Source of the DNA: the human T2T-CHM13v2.0 reference genome, Homo sapiens
Direction: 5' to 3' (one strand)
NCBI RefSeq assembly: GCF_009914755.1
Contig: NC_060947.1
Length of the DNA: 64,000 bases
Shown: in pieces, positions 24,527 to 40,111 of the stretch
How positions within the stretch are numbered: position 1 is the first letter of the stretch
Layout of the letters: each line of letters opens with the position of its first letter
Translations under genes and position numbers: made by a program
Notes under the pieces: generated by a model
Seen by the model: only the letters and a program-made list of their open reading frames with translations
What the model was told of the DNA's origin: nothing
Database searches by the model: none

Positions 24527-26599
24527 TGATGACAGCAATGGGCCGTCCAGGGCAGCTACTACCATGATGCTGACTGGAGCAGAGAGGTGCGAGAGATGAT
24601 GGCAGAAGTGACTGCAGGAGCAAGGATGGTGTTATTAGGTGGTGGGATGTTCCCTGTGCCCTGCATCCCTGAGGCAGCTGACTGTGCCACCCCCACCCTC
24701 TCATGGCTGGACAGGACCCATTCCCAGGTCTGGAACCTCCACCATGGCCTCAACCTCACTCCCCACCACATCCTGGAGGCCTGCGAGCATCTGGCCAAAG
24801 GTGCAGCCAGGACTCGTGGGGCTGCCCCTGGAAGCATCAGGTTCATTTGTATGGGGTTGGCTGGGGCCACCAAGACACTTGCACCTCACCCACTGCCCTG
24901 GGAGCCGCAGCAATGGAGCTGAGCCAAGTCACCCACCAGCGGGGGAGCAGTGCAGTTGTTCACAAAAGGGCAGGCAGAGCAGGGCCCTGAGGTAGAGCTG
25001 GGCCTGAGAGGGTGCCATGCTCTGCAGAGCCAGTGGGAGCTGGGAGCAGGCAGGAGCCCTGCCCTCCTGGGCATGGCTGCAGCTGCCCAAGTTGCAACTG
25101 AGGACCCAGGCATCTCTGCACTCTTGGGGGCCCAGGAAGGTCCCTTCTTGCCCCTGTGGGTTTGGAGATGTCTGCTCCTGCTGCCTGGCCTCTCTCCACT
25201 GTCAGTGCCCACTCTGATCACAGAGCAAAGTTGAGGCCAAGCCTGGGTGCTGTTGCAACCTGGCCAGATGTGCACATCCTCAGGGCAGTGCTGATATGCC
25301 AGCCCCCTGCCATCTTGGCCCCCTCCAGACTTTGGGTACCAAGGAGCATGGGGGGGAGCCTAAGGAGGGGTTGAGGGCAGCTCAGCGCTGGCCTTCAGGT
25401 GCCCCTTGGCACAAACAGCCTGGGCATCACAGATGGCAGCACCCTGGGTGCAATGGGGTGGGTCCCTGGTGAAGCCCCACCTTCAAGCTGGGGAAAGCCT
25501 GAAGTCTGGGGGCTGTGCTTCTGGTCCCATGGACCAGAGGGGAAACTTGTGGTGCCTTTTCTGGGCCTACCCATGGCTGCCCATGGACCAGTTGGTGCAC
25601 TCTTCTTCCCCTCTGAGGCCCATAAAAGTCCCAGACTCAGCCAGACTCGAGGAGATGATGGGACAACCAGCTGCAGAGAGGAACTACCCTCTTTGCAGAG
25701 AGCTGGACACTCACTGGGATGACCTGTCCAACAGAGAGGAGCTATCCCCTCTGCTGAGAGCTGAGGAGACAATGGCCGACCAGCTTCAGAGAGGAACTAC
25801 CATCTCTGCTGAGAGTTAGACACTCATTTGGATGATCTACCTAGCAGAGAGGTGCTACCCTCTCTGCTGAGAGCTGAATACTCATTGGGACACCCTGGCT
25901 ATGGAGAGGAGCTGCCCACTGAGCGTCTCCTCTGAGCTGTTCTATTGCTCAATAAAGCTCCTCTTCTCGCTCACCCTCCACTTGTCTGTGTACCTCATTC
26001 TTCCTGGATTCAGGACAAGCACTTGGGACCTGCAGAATGGCAGGGCTAAAAGGGCTATAACACAAACAGGGCTAAAACATGCCCCTTGTCTGCCAGGTTG
26101 TGGGTGACAAGAAAAAGAGAAGAGAGAATGAGAGAAGAGCTGTGGCCCTTCAGGGAGCCCAGACCTATGAGCTCCCCAAACCAGGGCTGTGACACCTTCT
26201 TTAGGACTTTTCAGTTCCTGGTGTCTCCAAGCTTCTGGGTGCCACATTGTGATCCCCACCATCAGCTTTGGAAGCTGCTTATAGTATGCCTGGTCAGCCA
26301 CAGCCTTGCAGGGAGCCAGCGCCCATGCCCATGCCTGGACCTGCCTGCCCTGCTGCGGCTGGCATGCCTGGCTGTGTGCAGTGCTTGGACCCCACACTTA
26401 TTCACACACCCTTTGCCACTCTGTACCTGGCTTGCCCTTGTCAGGCATGGGATCCAGGCCAGCAGTGGGAGCTGAGTGCAGGCTGTGAGGCCGAGTGTGT
26501 GGAATGAGCCCAGTGGGCCAGAGCAGAAACTTGGGCAAAGGCTCTGCTGGCCACAGAGGTTTCTGGCTGGTGAAGCAACACCCTAAGGATCCTGTAACA
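24527..26599 (+). mobile_element. MER52-type long GC-rich ERV1 solo LTR (2073 bp)
   Basis: TGATGACAGC...GGATCCTGTAACA termini; perfect 4-bp TSD CAAT (24523-24526, 26600-26603); CATAAAA at 25621; internal AGAGAGGAGCTACCCTCTCTGCTGAGAGCTG-like repeats at 25670-25940; AATAAA at 25951. Confidence 0.9.
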
Positions 26600-27819
26600 C
26601 AATGAAAGGTCAAGGGTAATTAATCACAATTAAAGTATAAGTGTGAAGGATAGAGTGAGAAATACCGCTTAAGGAAAGTCTACTTTTTTTCTTTATGAAA
26701 AGATATTCCCTTTCTGATGCTTAGTTTTATCCAAGAACAGGGAGAGCACAAGGTTAATAAAAATGTCCTTAAACAGAAGTGTTTCAACTATTGGTGTAAG
26801 TTATTTCTGTCTGGTGATTCAAGATGTGAGTCAAAAGAGGAAATTTGATAGTAACAGTTGATCTTACCTTGCACAATACATGTCACCAGCATCTGTGTTC
26901 CTCTTGTTAGGGACTCTGGGGACCAAGATAAATTATGCAGAAAATTGATGCATCTAATTCTGCCCTAAGCTGTCACTTCACATCTGATAACAATTTGTAC
27001 TTGAAGAAAATTATTTTGGAAAGTTAGCATAACCTTTTACTCTGTGCAAGTGTATAATTTTGCTATCAATCCATAATGTACCTGATACTCTGAGGCTAAA
27101 ATTTTACATATTACTCATTGAAATGTTTACTCGGAACTTTGTGCATATTAAGTTAAATTTTATTTTTATACACCCATTTGCAATGAATTCAAGCAAACAT
27201 TTATAATTACTTGTCTTGTAGAGATCCAAGTGTCCCTCTTTGCCAGCTGTTAACCTGAGGCCAGACTAATATAATTAGTTTTGTTAATTACTTCTAGTTC
27301 TTCAGGAATAATTGAGATTATTGCATCCTTACTTCACTCTAGAATTAAATTGATGGATTCTTCTCATGTGAGAACTTGTGACCTTTAAGTCCACCTACTC
27401 AAAATTTGTTCTGGAACTAATTAAATATATATATTTTTCAGTCTTCCTTATCTATAGAAAAACATAATAATCAAAATGCTCCAAAGCACGCTTAAATGAA
27501 AGATACTCAAGTATGTTACTCACAGTGAGGTCATTAGTTTTAAATATTTCTGTTTTTGTGTGTCTGTGGAGAAAGTTTTTCTCTAAGACACGTGCACATT
27601 GATTTATGAAATGCACAGATAGTGATAGATAGCCCTAAAATACTTAAGTTTTGTCAGTGTCTCTCAGTGTCAGTGCACATGTACTTATGTAAATAACTAC
27701 AGTTTCAGTTTATATTTCAAATACTCTCTCAAGTCAGTAAGTGTATAATCAGCATTTAACCATAGCTTTGTTAGAATTTTTCCCTCATTATTCTTGGAAT
27801 TGTATATAGAAGTATTTAA

Positions 27820-27980
27820 TAACATTGACTTTGATATTAGATATAACTGAGTTTTCTTGTCTCTCCTACTTATTAGATGGATTTCTGTGGACTAGTTGCT
27901 TAATCTTGAATCCCCTTATTTTTCATTTAAATAATTGGGATGATGTATATCATTTTTAACTGACTAAAAAGGATAATCAA
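27820..27980 (+). mobile_element. MIR remnant
   Basis: Degenerate core GACTTTGATATTAGATATAACTGAGTT...CTACTTATTAG...TTGCTTAATCTT...TTTTCATTTAAATAATTGGGATGAT. Confidence 0.45.
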
Positions 27981-28087
27981 TATAACTTGGTAATCTAAAC
28001 ATCAAAAACATCCAAGAAAATATAATAATTCAAAAACAATTATGAGTAGCCTTTATAGAAAATGAAACACTACAAAAATTGAAAGAC

Positions 28088-28225
28088 GGCCACATGCGGT
28101 GGCTCACGCCTGTAATCCCAGCACTGTGGGAGGCCGAGGCAGGTGTATCACTTGAGGTCAGGAGTTCGAGACCAGCCTGGCCAACATGGTGAGACCCCGT
28201 CTCTACTAAAAATATCAAAATTAGC
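28088..28225 (+). mobile_element. AluS left arm only (3'-truncated, no tail or TSD)
   Basis: GGCCACATGCGGTGGCTCACGCC...CTCTACTAAAAATATCAAAATTAGC, then switches abruptly to L1. Confidence 0.9.
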
Positions 28226-31610
<3,385 letters not shown>

Positions 31611-31611
31611 A

Positions 31612-32360
31612 ATTAAATGCAAATTAAAACCACAATGAGACCATCTCACCCTAGTCAAAATGGCTATTGTTATCATATTTAAAATAACAAATGCTGGTAA
31701 GGTTGCAGAGAAAAGGGAGTGCTTATACCCTGCTGGTGAGAATGTAAATTAGTTCAACCAATGAAGAAAGCAGTTTGTCAATTTCTCAAAGAACTTAGAA
31801 AAGAACTACCTTTCGAGCCAGCAATCCCATTATTGGGTGTATACTCCAAGGAATATAAATTGTTCTACTATAAAGACACATGCACACATAGGTTCATTGC
31901 AGTGCTATTTGCAATAGCAAAGGCATGGAATCAACCTAAATGCCCATCAATGGTAGACTATATAATGAGAAAATGGTTCATATATACCACGGAATACTAC
32001 ACAGTCATAATAAAAAATGAGATTATGTTCTCTACAGCAACGTAGATGCAGCTAGAGGCCATTATCCTAAGTGAAGTAACAAAAGAACAGAAATCCAAAT
32101 ATCACATGTTCTCACTTCTAAGTGGCAGCTAAACATTGAGTACACATGGATACAAAGGAAGGAACAATAAACACTGGGGCCTACTTGAGGGTGGAGGATG
32201 GGAGGAGGATATCAAAAAGCTACCTATTTATTACTATACTTTTATCTGGGTGATAAAATAATCTCTACACCAAACCCACTCAACATACAATTTACCTGTA
32301 TACAAACCTGAACACATACTCCTGAAACTAAAATAAAAGTTAAAAAAATTAAATTAGAAA
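31612..32360 (+). mobile_element. L1PA15/16-like 3' end
   Basis: ORF2 C-terminus (ORF 31761: LRKELPFEPAIPLLGVYSKEYK...WNQPKCPSM) and 3' UTR ending CTAAAATAAAAGTTAAAAAAA. Confidence 0.9.
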
Positions 32361-33155
32361 AACATAAGAGTAAAATGCTATTTTAAAATATTCAATGTAA
32401 GCAAATTAAGATTTTAATGTATATTCTCTATAAATTTAAATAATCAAGGGTGACTTTTTATGTTTATTCTTTGAACCAATGAGACCAAATGCAATTAAGT
32501 TGAAAATTGTATTGCAAACATTTCTCAAATCCAAAAATATATTGATACTAGTTCAGTTTTTTTAAAGTTGACACACTATTATGGAATTTTAAATAAATTT
32601 AATTTGATTAGCATATATAACACACATGCAAATTTTGAAATAACATTGAAATTCAGTCATACACTTTCATCATTTTCAGTGTTATGGCTAATCTTATGAG
32701 AGAAATAATAGAGTAGATTATTAAGTGGCTTCATATATATTTCCTCCCTTTGGAATCTGAGTCTCACTTCTGTGGTATTAGTACTTTCATCTGCAGAGAG
32801 CATAATGAGATTTACAAGTTACGAATGAAATTTATATGCCTGCTGAAGGAAAGCTATCTCATGTGTATAAAATGTACAGCAAGACGGCAAGAAATATTTA
32901 AATGAGGGTACTACAAAATCATACTAAAAAGCTTTGAAATTTGAGGACAAACTGTGTAATTGGTTAAAGCAGGATGTCCCCAGGATGTAGTTAATATTTA
33001 TCAAGAGATCATGATTACTCTAAAATGAAGTTATAAGATTTGGTTTTGTTTTCAAGTATTTGAATTATTGATATGGCAGAAATTAATAAAAGTATGTGTC
33101 ACATATTTCTCTCCCAGATCATAAGCAGAGTACCATTTATTTTGTAAAATAATAA

Positions 33156-33704
33156 CGTTGCTGCTTTTTCACTCCCATAGTTCGGTGAGTGGGAGTGTTA
33201 CAGCTCTTCTTTTACTCCCATAGTTTGGTGAGTTCTGAGTTCTTGTCCCATAACCAAGAAGAATGAGGTACACAGACACTAGAGAGTGAGTAAGGCAGAG
33301 TAGAATTTATTGAATGACAGAAAAGCTCTTGGTAGTGAGAGGGGACCTGAAAGTTGGTTGTCAGCTGTGAGGCTGAGTCTAGGGGTTTTTATGGACTTAG
33401 AATGGAGGAAATATGTGCTGATTGGTTTGTGGGTAGGCTTGGAAAAAACACCATTCAGAAGGAGGCACAAAAGGGTATAGAGCCAATTGGGGGAGGGTAG
33501 ATATAAGTAAAATAGGTGAAAGATAAGGACCAATCAGGAGGAAGCATGCCAAATGGGAATGGGAGTTCTCACTCCAGTCCATGGATTTTATCTGGAGCTG
33601 GTAGCTTGGTTTTCAGGCTTTAGATGGTCCTTGGCTTGAAGGTTGAGTTTCACCAGAACCCATTCCTGTTTGCCTAGGAATTTGCCTGCCTCCTGTTGCT
33701 ATCA
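33156..33704 (-). mobile_element. LTR27/LTR28-like ERV1 solo LTR
   Basis: Minus-strand start TGATAGCAACAGGAGGCAGGCAAATTCCTAGGCA; perfect 4-bp TSD ATAA (33152-33155, 33705-33708); several CCAAT boxes. Confidence 0.85.
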
Positions 33705-35387
33705 ATAATATCTATTTCAACAAGTATGAAGAGTTCAGGTCTATGTACTCAATAGGAATTTACTATGCTCTGACTGCTATTTATTGTTTTTCTGCTTTTG
33801 TTATGATGTAGGATTAGAAACAAAGAAAGTGAATTTTTAAAACATTAAGTTACCAAAATCTTAGATGGCTTGACATTTAACATTATGATTATCTATTTTC
33901 ATTATGTAGATCAGTGGATATAGAAAACATCAGGAAAAATGAGTTAAATATAATTTAGTCTATGAATTGAAAATATCTGATATCCAAATGTTCTACACAT
34001 ATGCAAGTCTTGCTTATTACTGTTCCCTTTCCTGGGCGGTTTTCAGTGGTGATGGTTGGCACAGGAAGTATCTATTGGAACTTTTTCCCCAAAACTGCTG
34101 CTGTTAACCCCATCAGAGTAATGATATCCATGGTACTTCTTTATTCAAGTAACACTCTTCACATTTCTTGAAAGAACTGAGTCTGAATTAGGAGGTTATT
34201 TTGCTTTGCTTTAATATCAGGTCATTAAGTTTTGGATTTGATCCTGGTAACCTGTTTCTGATCACCCTCTGTCCTGCCTGTTTTGAAATTATTACCTTGT
34301 TTGCCTTATAGTACAGATAATGTGTCATACTCTTCTGAATGTCCCAGTAGACTATGCAGTTAATGGCCTGTCTAACAACATTCTGAGTGTTGATACACCA
34401 GAATTCACCATCCTTCCACTCCATGCATCTGTCACAAAAAATCTCACTGGTTATATTAGATCCTATAATGTCACCATACTTTTCAGATATAATGAATTTT
34501 TATCACCATGATTTGTACTGTACTAGCTGTCCCAGTGCTTTGCCTGTTCTATACAGTAGGTTTACCTGAAAATCTGCCTCTTATTCTGCCATGGGACAAA
34601 ATGCTGAATTTTGGCAGAGTGCAATCAGGGTAGCAAGAAATGATGAAAACTTATCCATGACATTCCTATAAACTAGAAGAAGCAAATATTATAGAAAGGA
34701 TTTTTCTCTTTTGTTTACATTTCCTCTTTGAATTTTAAAAACTTCTTCCCACACGATTTTTTTTTCAATTATAGTCAACAGCTCTTGGAAATGATGATAT
34801 TTGTATCACTGAAAAAATAAATATATCAATGAATGAGTAAATAAATTGTTTTGGCTTATGTCACATAAGATACAGACTTTGAAATTACACTGGAGGATTT
34901 TTAGGTTAATTTTTCTATCTTCTTTGTGAACTGACATTCAGTTATCACCTTTTCCATCAACAACAGCAATATTCATGTACTTTTCTATAATTCTGATTGT
35001 CAGTTCTCACACATCTCAGCTTCACCCAACTGTCATTTCTTATTTGAACAAATGGTATTTCAATTCTGTTGGAGTTTATTTTAAGTTAGTTTTTATTATG
35101 AGCTATAAAATTGTATTTCCCATTTATATTCAAGTCTTCATTTCTCTCGCTCACTGAGCTCTATACTTCCTTTTTTTGAGATTTGGTAATACTCTTTGGC
35201 GGCGAAAAGCAAATAAGTATAGTTATCAAAGATTATTTTAATACATATAATTCAGTTCTTCCCCTTAATTATTCCTGCTTAATCTAGTGATGAGGTCAAA
35301 GCCATTTACACAGATGTAATTATCTATCTATATATAATAATTATAAGTTGTATATGTTATATGTAATCATTGGTATGTGTATATATA

Positions 35388-35860
35388 CAGTCAGTCCTCA
35401 TTATTTGTGAATTCATATTTGTAAATTTGCCAACTCACTTATATTTCTGTGTAACCCGCAAATCAATACCTGTAATACTCTAGCAGTTATTTGTGGACTG
35501 GCACAGAGCAACAAAAGAATTGTGTCACCCAATGTGCAGATTCTCAGCTGAGGCTGCCACTTTGCCTTCTTCTCTCACCTTTGATACTGTAACTCGTTTT
35601 GTGCTCGATTTGGTGCCACCTTTTTCACATATTTGTTGGTGATTTCACTTTTGAAAATGGCCCCAAGAACAGTGCTGAAGTGTTACAGAAGTCAGGCATG
35701 AGTTATAATACAGAATCCCAAAAATGTGACAAAAATGTGACCAGGGGATTGCAGTAACCTGACTCTGTATTTTGCCTAGGAGCAATGGTTCAGGATTCCC
35801 TATATCCATTTTTAAAGGACTTTGTAGACAATAACCACCATGTGTAATGAGGATTGACTA
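35388..35860 (+). mobile_element. MER82-like TcMar-Tigger non-autonomous DNA transposon
   Basis: Terminal inverted repeats CAGTCAGTCCTCATTA / TAATGAGGATTGACTA flanked by TA; internal CAGCTGAGG and AAAATGGCCCCAAG..AGTGCTGAAGTG motifs. Confidence 0.85.
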
Positions 35861-37416
35861 TATATGCAGAGAGAATGAGACAAGGAACTCAGTCTTGGCT
35901 TATATCACTTGCTGTGGATTAATTGAGGGAAAACAAAGCAAATCTGTTTTCTACCTACATACCAAAAAGGAGAATGGAAATCTTAAGAAATCTGGGCTTT
36001 CCTTACTCCCAGTCTTCCCAACAACCAGTGAATAGATGTTATATTTTAGAAACATGAAGAGATAATAAATTCTTTCAGCTTTTAGGTGGAAGAGAAGACT
36101 AAAATCTTGAGTTTATGGACTTGAAGGGCTCAAAGGTAGATGTGGCTTCTGTGATACACATTGGGAAGTGGTCTCTAGTGGAAAGGTATTTTTGCCCAGG
36201 TTACACACAACAACCCAGTATGTGGCCAGGTCACTAATGTGATAGTGGGTGAATGCTTGAGGTATGAATACCAACCATCAATGGACCCAAAGAAGGTTCT
36301 CATGGTCAAATGTGGCACAGACAGAGTGGAGCTTATTTGTCATTGAACAAACGCTAATGGAAGCTTGGACAAATCATCTCAGAGCAGACTATAATAGCTT
36401 AAACATAAGAGACACCTCTTTCTCCAAATTTTAACTTTTATTGTATTATTTTTACATGCTTCTCAAGGCTTCCAAAACTTCTGTGGGGTACCAGTGGTTT
36501 CTAGGTTTATTGGAAAATGTTTAGCAAAATTATATACATGTGTACTTGTGTTTCCATTTGTCATTTAACTCCCTGTTTTACAAGGTTATTTTTTGTCACA
36601 TTTCCTTTGGTCTGATCAACTTTAAAGCCAATCAATTTAAAAATCTTTTATTGAAAATATAGGGAATGAGAGCATTTAATGGAACCTCTGAAACTATAAT
36701 ATCTCTTGACTGAGCTCCACACACTATTATTGTTTCAAGTAGACCAGTTTAAAATCAAGCACTTTAAGTAGATCACACCTCCTCCAGTAAAACAAACAAA
36801 CAAAAAACATAGTGATGATACGTATTTCTTGTGATTTTTTTCCTCTTAATTGGACCCAGTCCATTTCCTGGATGGTTTATTTTCTCATGTGACTCTGCTC
36901 AGTTTCTTTAGTGACAAACAGATACTGCTCAGTTTTAGTTAATGCACTCTTACTACTGCTTGTGGGCAAATGATTAATGTACAGTTTATAATCCCTATAC
37001 TACAACTTCAGAAAAATAAATCCTTTGGTTCCTATCAGCTGCTAAATTAGAACTATAATGCTTTCAATTACTTTTCATGAATACTTGTTTAGTAGCTACT
37101 AAATACAAGGTAATGTAACATAGTTTATTTTCCCTATAGAATATTTTTCATTTTATATTTGTTCAGCTTATTTTAGAAATATGAAAACTATATTTGGTGT
37201 TTCGCTCCTAATCAGGTAATCTCCATTCATTTTATTTTTAACGAATTTGAAATAATTCTCCATAAAATAATATATCTTTAAGAATATTGAAAAAGAGTAG
37301 CAATAACTATTGAAAAATGATAAACCATGCTTTATTCTAGTACAATGTATTTAAACAATAAAATATATCCACTACTCTTTCAAGCCCTTCAACTTCAGAA
37401 CGTCATAAGCCACATA

Positions 37417-37465
37417 ATACACACATACACACAAAGACACACACATGCACACATACACAAACACC
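37417..37465. repeat. Imperfect (CA)n microsatellite
   Basis: TACACACATACACACAAAGACACACACATGCACACATACACAAACAC. Confidence 0.7.
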
Positions 37466-38884
37466 AGGTATAGGTTTGAAAAGAAGCAAGATATTTAATG
37501 AAAAATTGTGTTTTCTCATTTTAGTCTATTTATCCAAATGGCAATGCTAATTTTTGCTACAGACCAGTTACTGTATGTGAAAATTCTTCTAAAATGGGCC
37601 TATATTTTCTTTAAATGTACGTATTTTTAATGTTAGAAGTGAGAATCCCACAGGAAATAATGAGCATTTAGAATAATTATTTCCTCGGAGGCCTTTTGAT
37701 GTCCTAAGCACTCATGGACCATTTTTTAAAACACTGTTGTTTAAGGAAAGTGAACAAATATTAATTGTTCAATAGGCAAGTTCTGCAGTCTACTCTCTTT
37801 GCTTGACTTTAAGAACTGTTTAAAACATGTTGAGTAATCTTAGAAGTGGTGGGTTATAATAAATTTCCTTAGCTTAATTATTTCATTCATTGTCAATTTG
37901 CATCATTATAGTTTAAGATTTAGTTCAACCTTTTTTAGTGACAGTAGAGAGTATTTAATGTCATGATAACCTTAAAACATCAAATTTAGCCATTTTATTT
38001 TAATTATTTCACTTATGGGAACATAGGCAATAGGGATAGGGCATCAATCCAAATTGAGACAAGCCAAGCCACAAGACTTAATGCCAGTTCTACAGAGATT
38101 CATTTCTCTTGGTATGTTGAGGTAAACACACTGTTCTTTTCTGTTGGGAAACAAGTCTTATACAAAGCAACTCATCAAATTGATCAGAGTCTTCCCATTA
38201 TTGTAAAAGTTTATTCTTTTAGTGAGAGGCAAATATTTTAACATATTTAACATAAGCAAATTTTGACATACCTATCACATACGTTATAATTATGACATCT
38301 TAAAAATTTAATGGATAAACTTAATCCCTGCAAGCCAGGTCTCACTATTTTAATTACTCTCTTAATTTCAGAAGATGATTGTTAAGCAAATAGCAGTTAT
38401 TTAAGTCAGCTAATATATGATATGGAAAGTAAATGTATATTTATATAACAATCACATCTAAAAATGAAAATAAATCACTTTCTATGAAAAGTATTAATAA
38501 AATCATAATGACTGATCTATAATACAATTTCATTGTCATGTATATTAACAGTACAAAAGAAGAAAAATATATTCGTGGTGACTTACAATATTATATACAA
38601 ATTTTTGCTTTAAAGTACACTTTGATTGTTTTTCTCAATTTTTTCATTGAATTTTAAAAAATTTATTTGGCATGGTAGTGAAGGGATCATGACATATCTA
38701 TAAAGAATGGAAAAATAAATATTTTAAATCTGTATTTGAATGAATTATGAATGTATTTTATCAATATTTCTTCATAATTATACTCTAATATTGTTTTTAT
38801 TTAGTTGTAACAATAAAAAAAATGCTTTTTTACATTAATTTCCATGTAAATATATATGCTGCTTGGAAAGCACAAATATTTTTT

Positions 38885-39506
38885 GACACTCCCATGTTTA
38901 ATGTAGCACTATTTACAAGAGCCAATGAATGGAAACCCACGTAAGTGTTCATCAGCAGACAAATGGATTTGAAAAATGTGGTATATATATACAATGGCAT
39001 ACTACTCAGCCTTAAAAAAAAATTCTGTCACATGTGACATCATGGATGAACCTAGAGGACATTATGCTAAGTTAAATAAGCCAGTCACAAAGTACAAATA
39101 CCACATGATCTCACTTATATATAGAGCCTAACAAGTCAAATTCATAGAAGTAGAGAGTAGAATGGTGGTTAGCAGAGGCTGAAGGGTGGGGGTACACAGG
39201 AAAAAGGAAGATGTTGGTCAAAAGGTACAAACTTTCAGTTACACAAGAGAAAAAAATCTGGTAATATATTGGACAACATGGTGATTATAGTTCATGATAT
39301 TATATTGTAGATCTCAAAATTGGTAGAAGACAGGATTTTAAATGTTCCCGCCACAAAGAAATAAGAAATATTTTAGGTGACGAATAGGTTAATTAGCCTG
39401 ATTTTATTATTCCATAATGTATACAAGTATTAAAAGATCAAATTGTACCTTATTAATATATAAAGTTAATATTTGTCCATTGAAAGTCAAATAAAACTTA
39501 AAAAAT
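38885..39506 (+). mobile_element. L1MA7/8-like 3' end
   Basis: CATGGATGAACCTAGAGGACATTATGCTAAG...GTAGAGAGTAGAATGGTGGTT...GTTAATTAGCCTGAT; AAGCACA present on both flanks. Confidence 0.85.
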
Positions 39507-40111
39507 AAGCACAGAAACTATAGATAATAGTGTCATACAATACTATATTTTAAAATATTTTGATTGCAGACATATACACCTATGTAATAAGCTAAATATG
39601 ATTTTGCTCATAAAATGTCCTATTTAAATAAATGCCTTAATATTTTCAATTGTATTAAAACTATAAATACATATAAATCTTAGCAATTATTTCACTAAGT
39701 TTATCTTGTATTTATTTTGTGACTGTGCCAGGACAATTTAGGCAACATGGAACAGTTAGAATTCAATTTGTGAGATGGTCACCTCTTTTAACAAATTTAT
39801 TCTGTGCAGCACACTTAGGAGTAGGTAAATGCTGGTGCATGGGTTAAGATACAAAAGTGATTATTTTAATGGAATGCAAAAAGTGTTTCCCTGGCTCTGC
39901 GGAATTGCATTTTAAAGGCACCCAAAGAGCTTTCCTTTGAGAAATCAGAAGAAATTCTTTCAAAGACTTCCCAACTTTCAAAGTCTTTAAACCTAGCACC
40001 ATTATCAAATATCCCCACAAATATTTTGTATACCTTTATTAAAATGTATTACAATTCAGAAATGCTGTTTAATCAAATTAATTTAAATCTTCAGAACAAC
40101 TTCTGCAGACT

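Noticed and set aside
24414-26613. Dense cluster of overlapping ORFs on both strands
   Set aside because: They lie almost entirely within the GC-rich MER52 LTR, where stop codons are rare; no recognisable protein domains.
34188-34520. 78-aa minus-strand ORF with a faint resemblance to CR1/L3 RT-region DNA
   Set aside because: Similarity too weak to call by eye; no splice structure or domain support. Needs a Dfam search.
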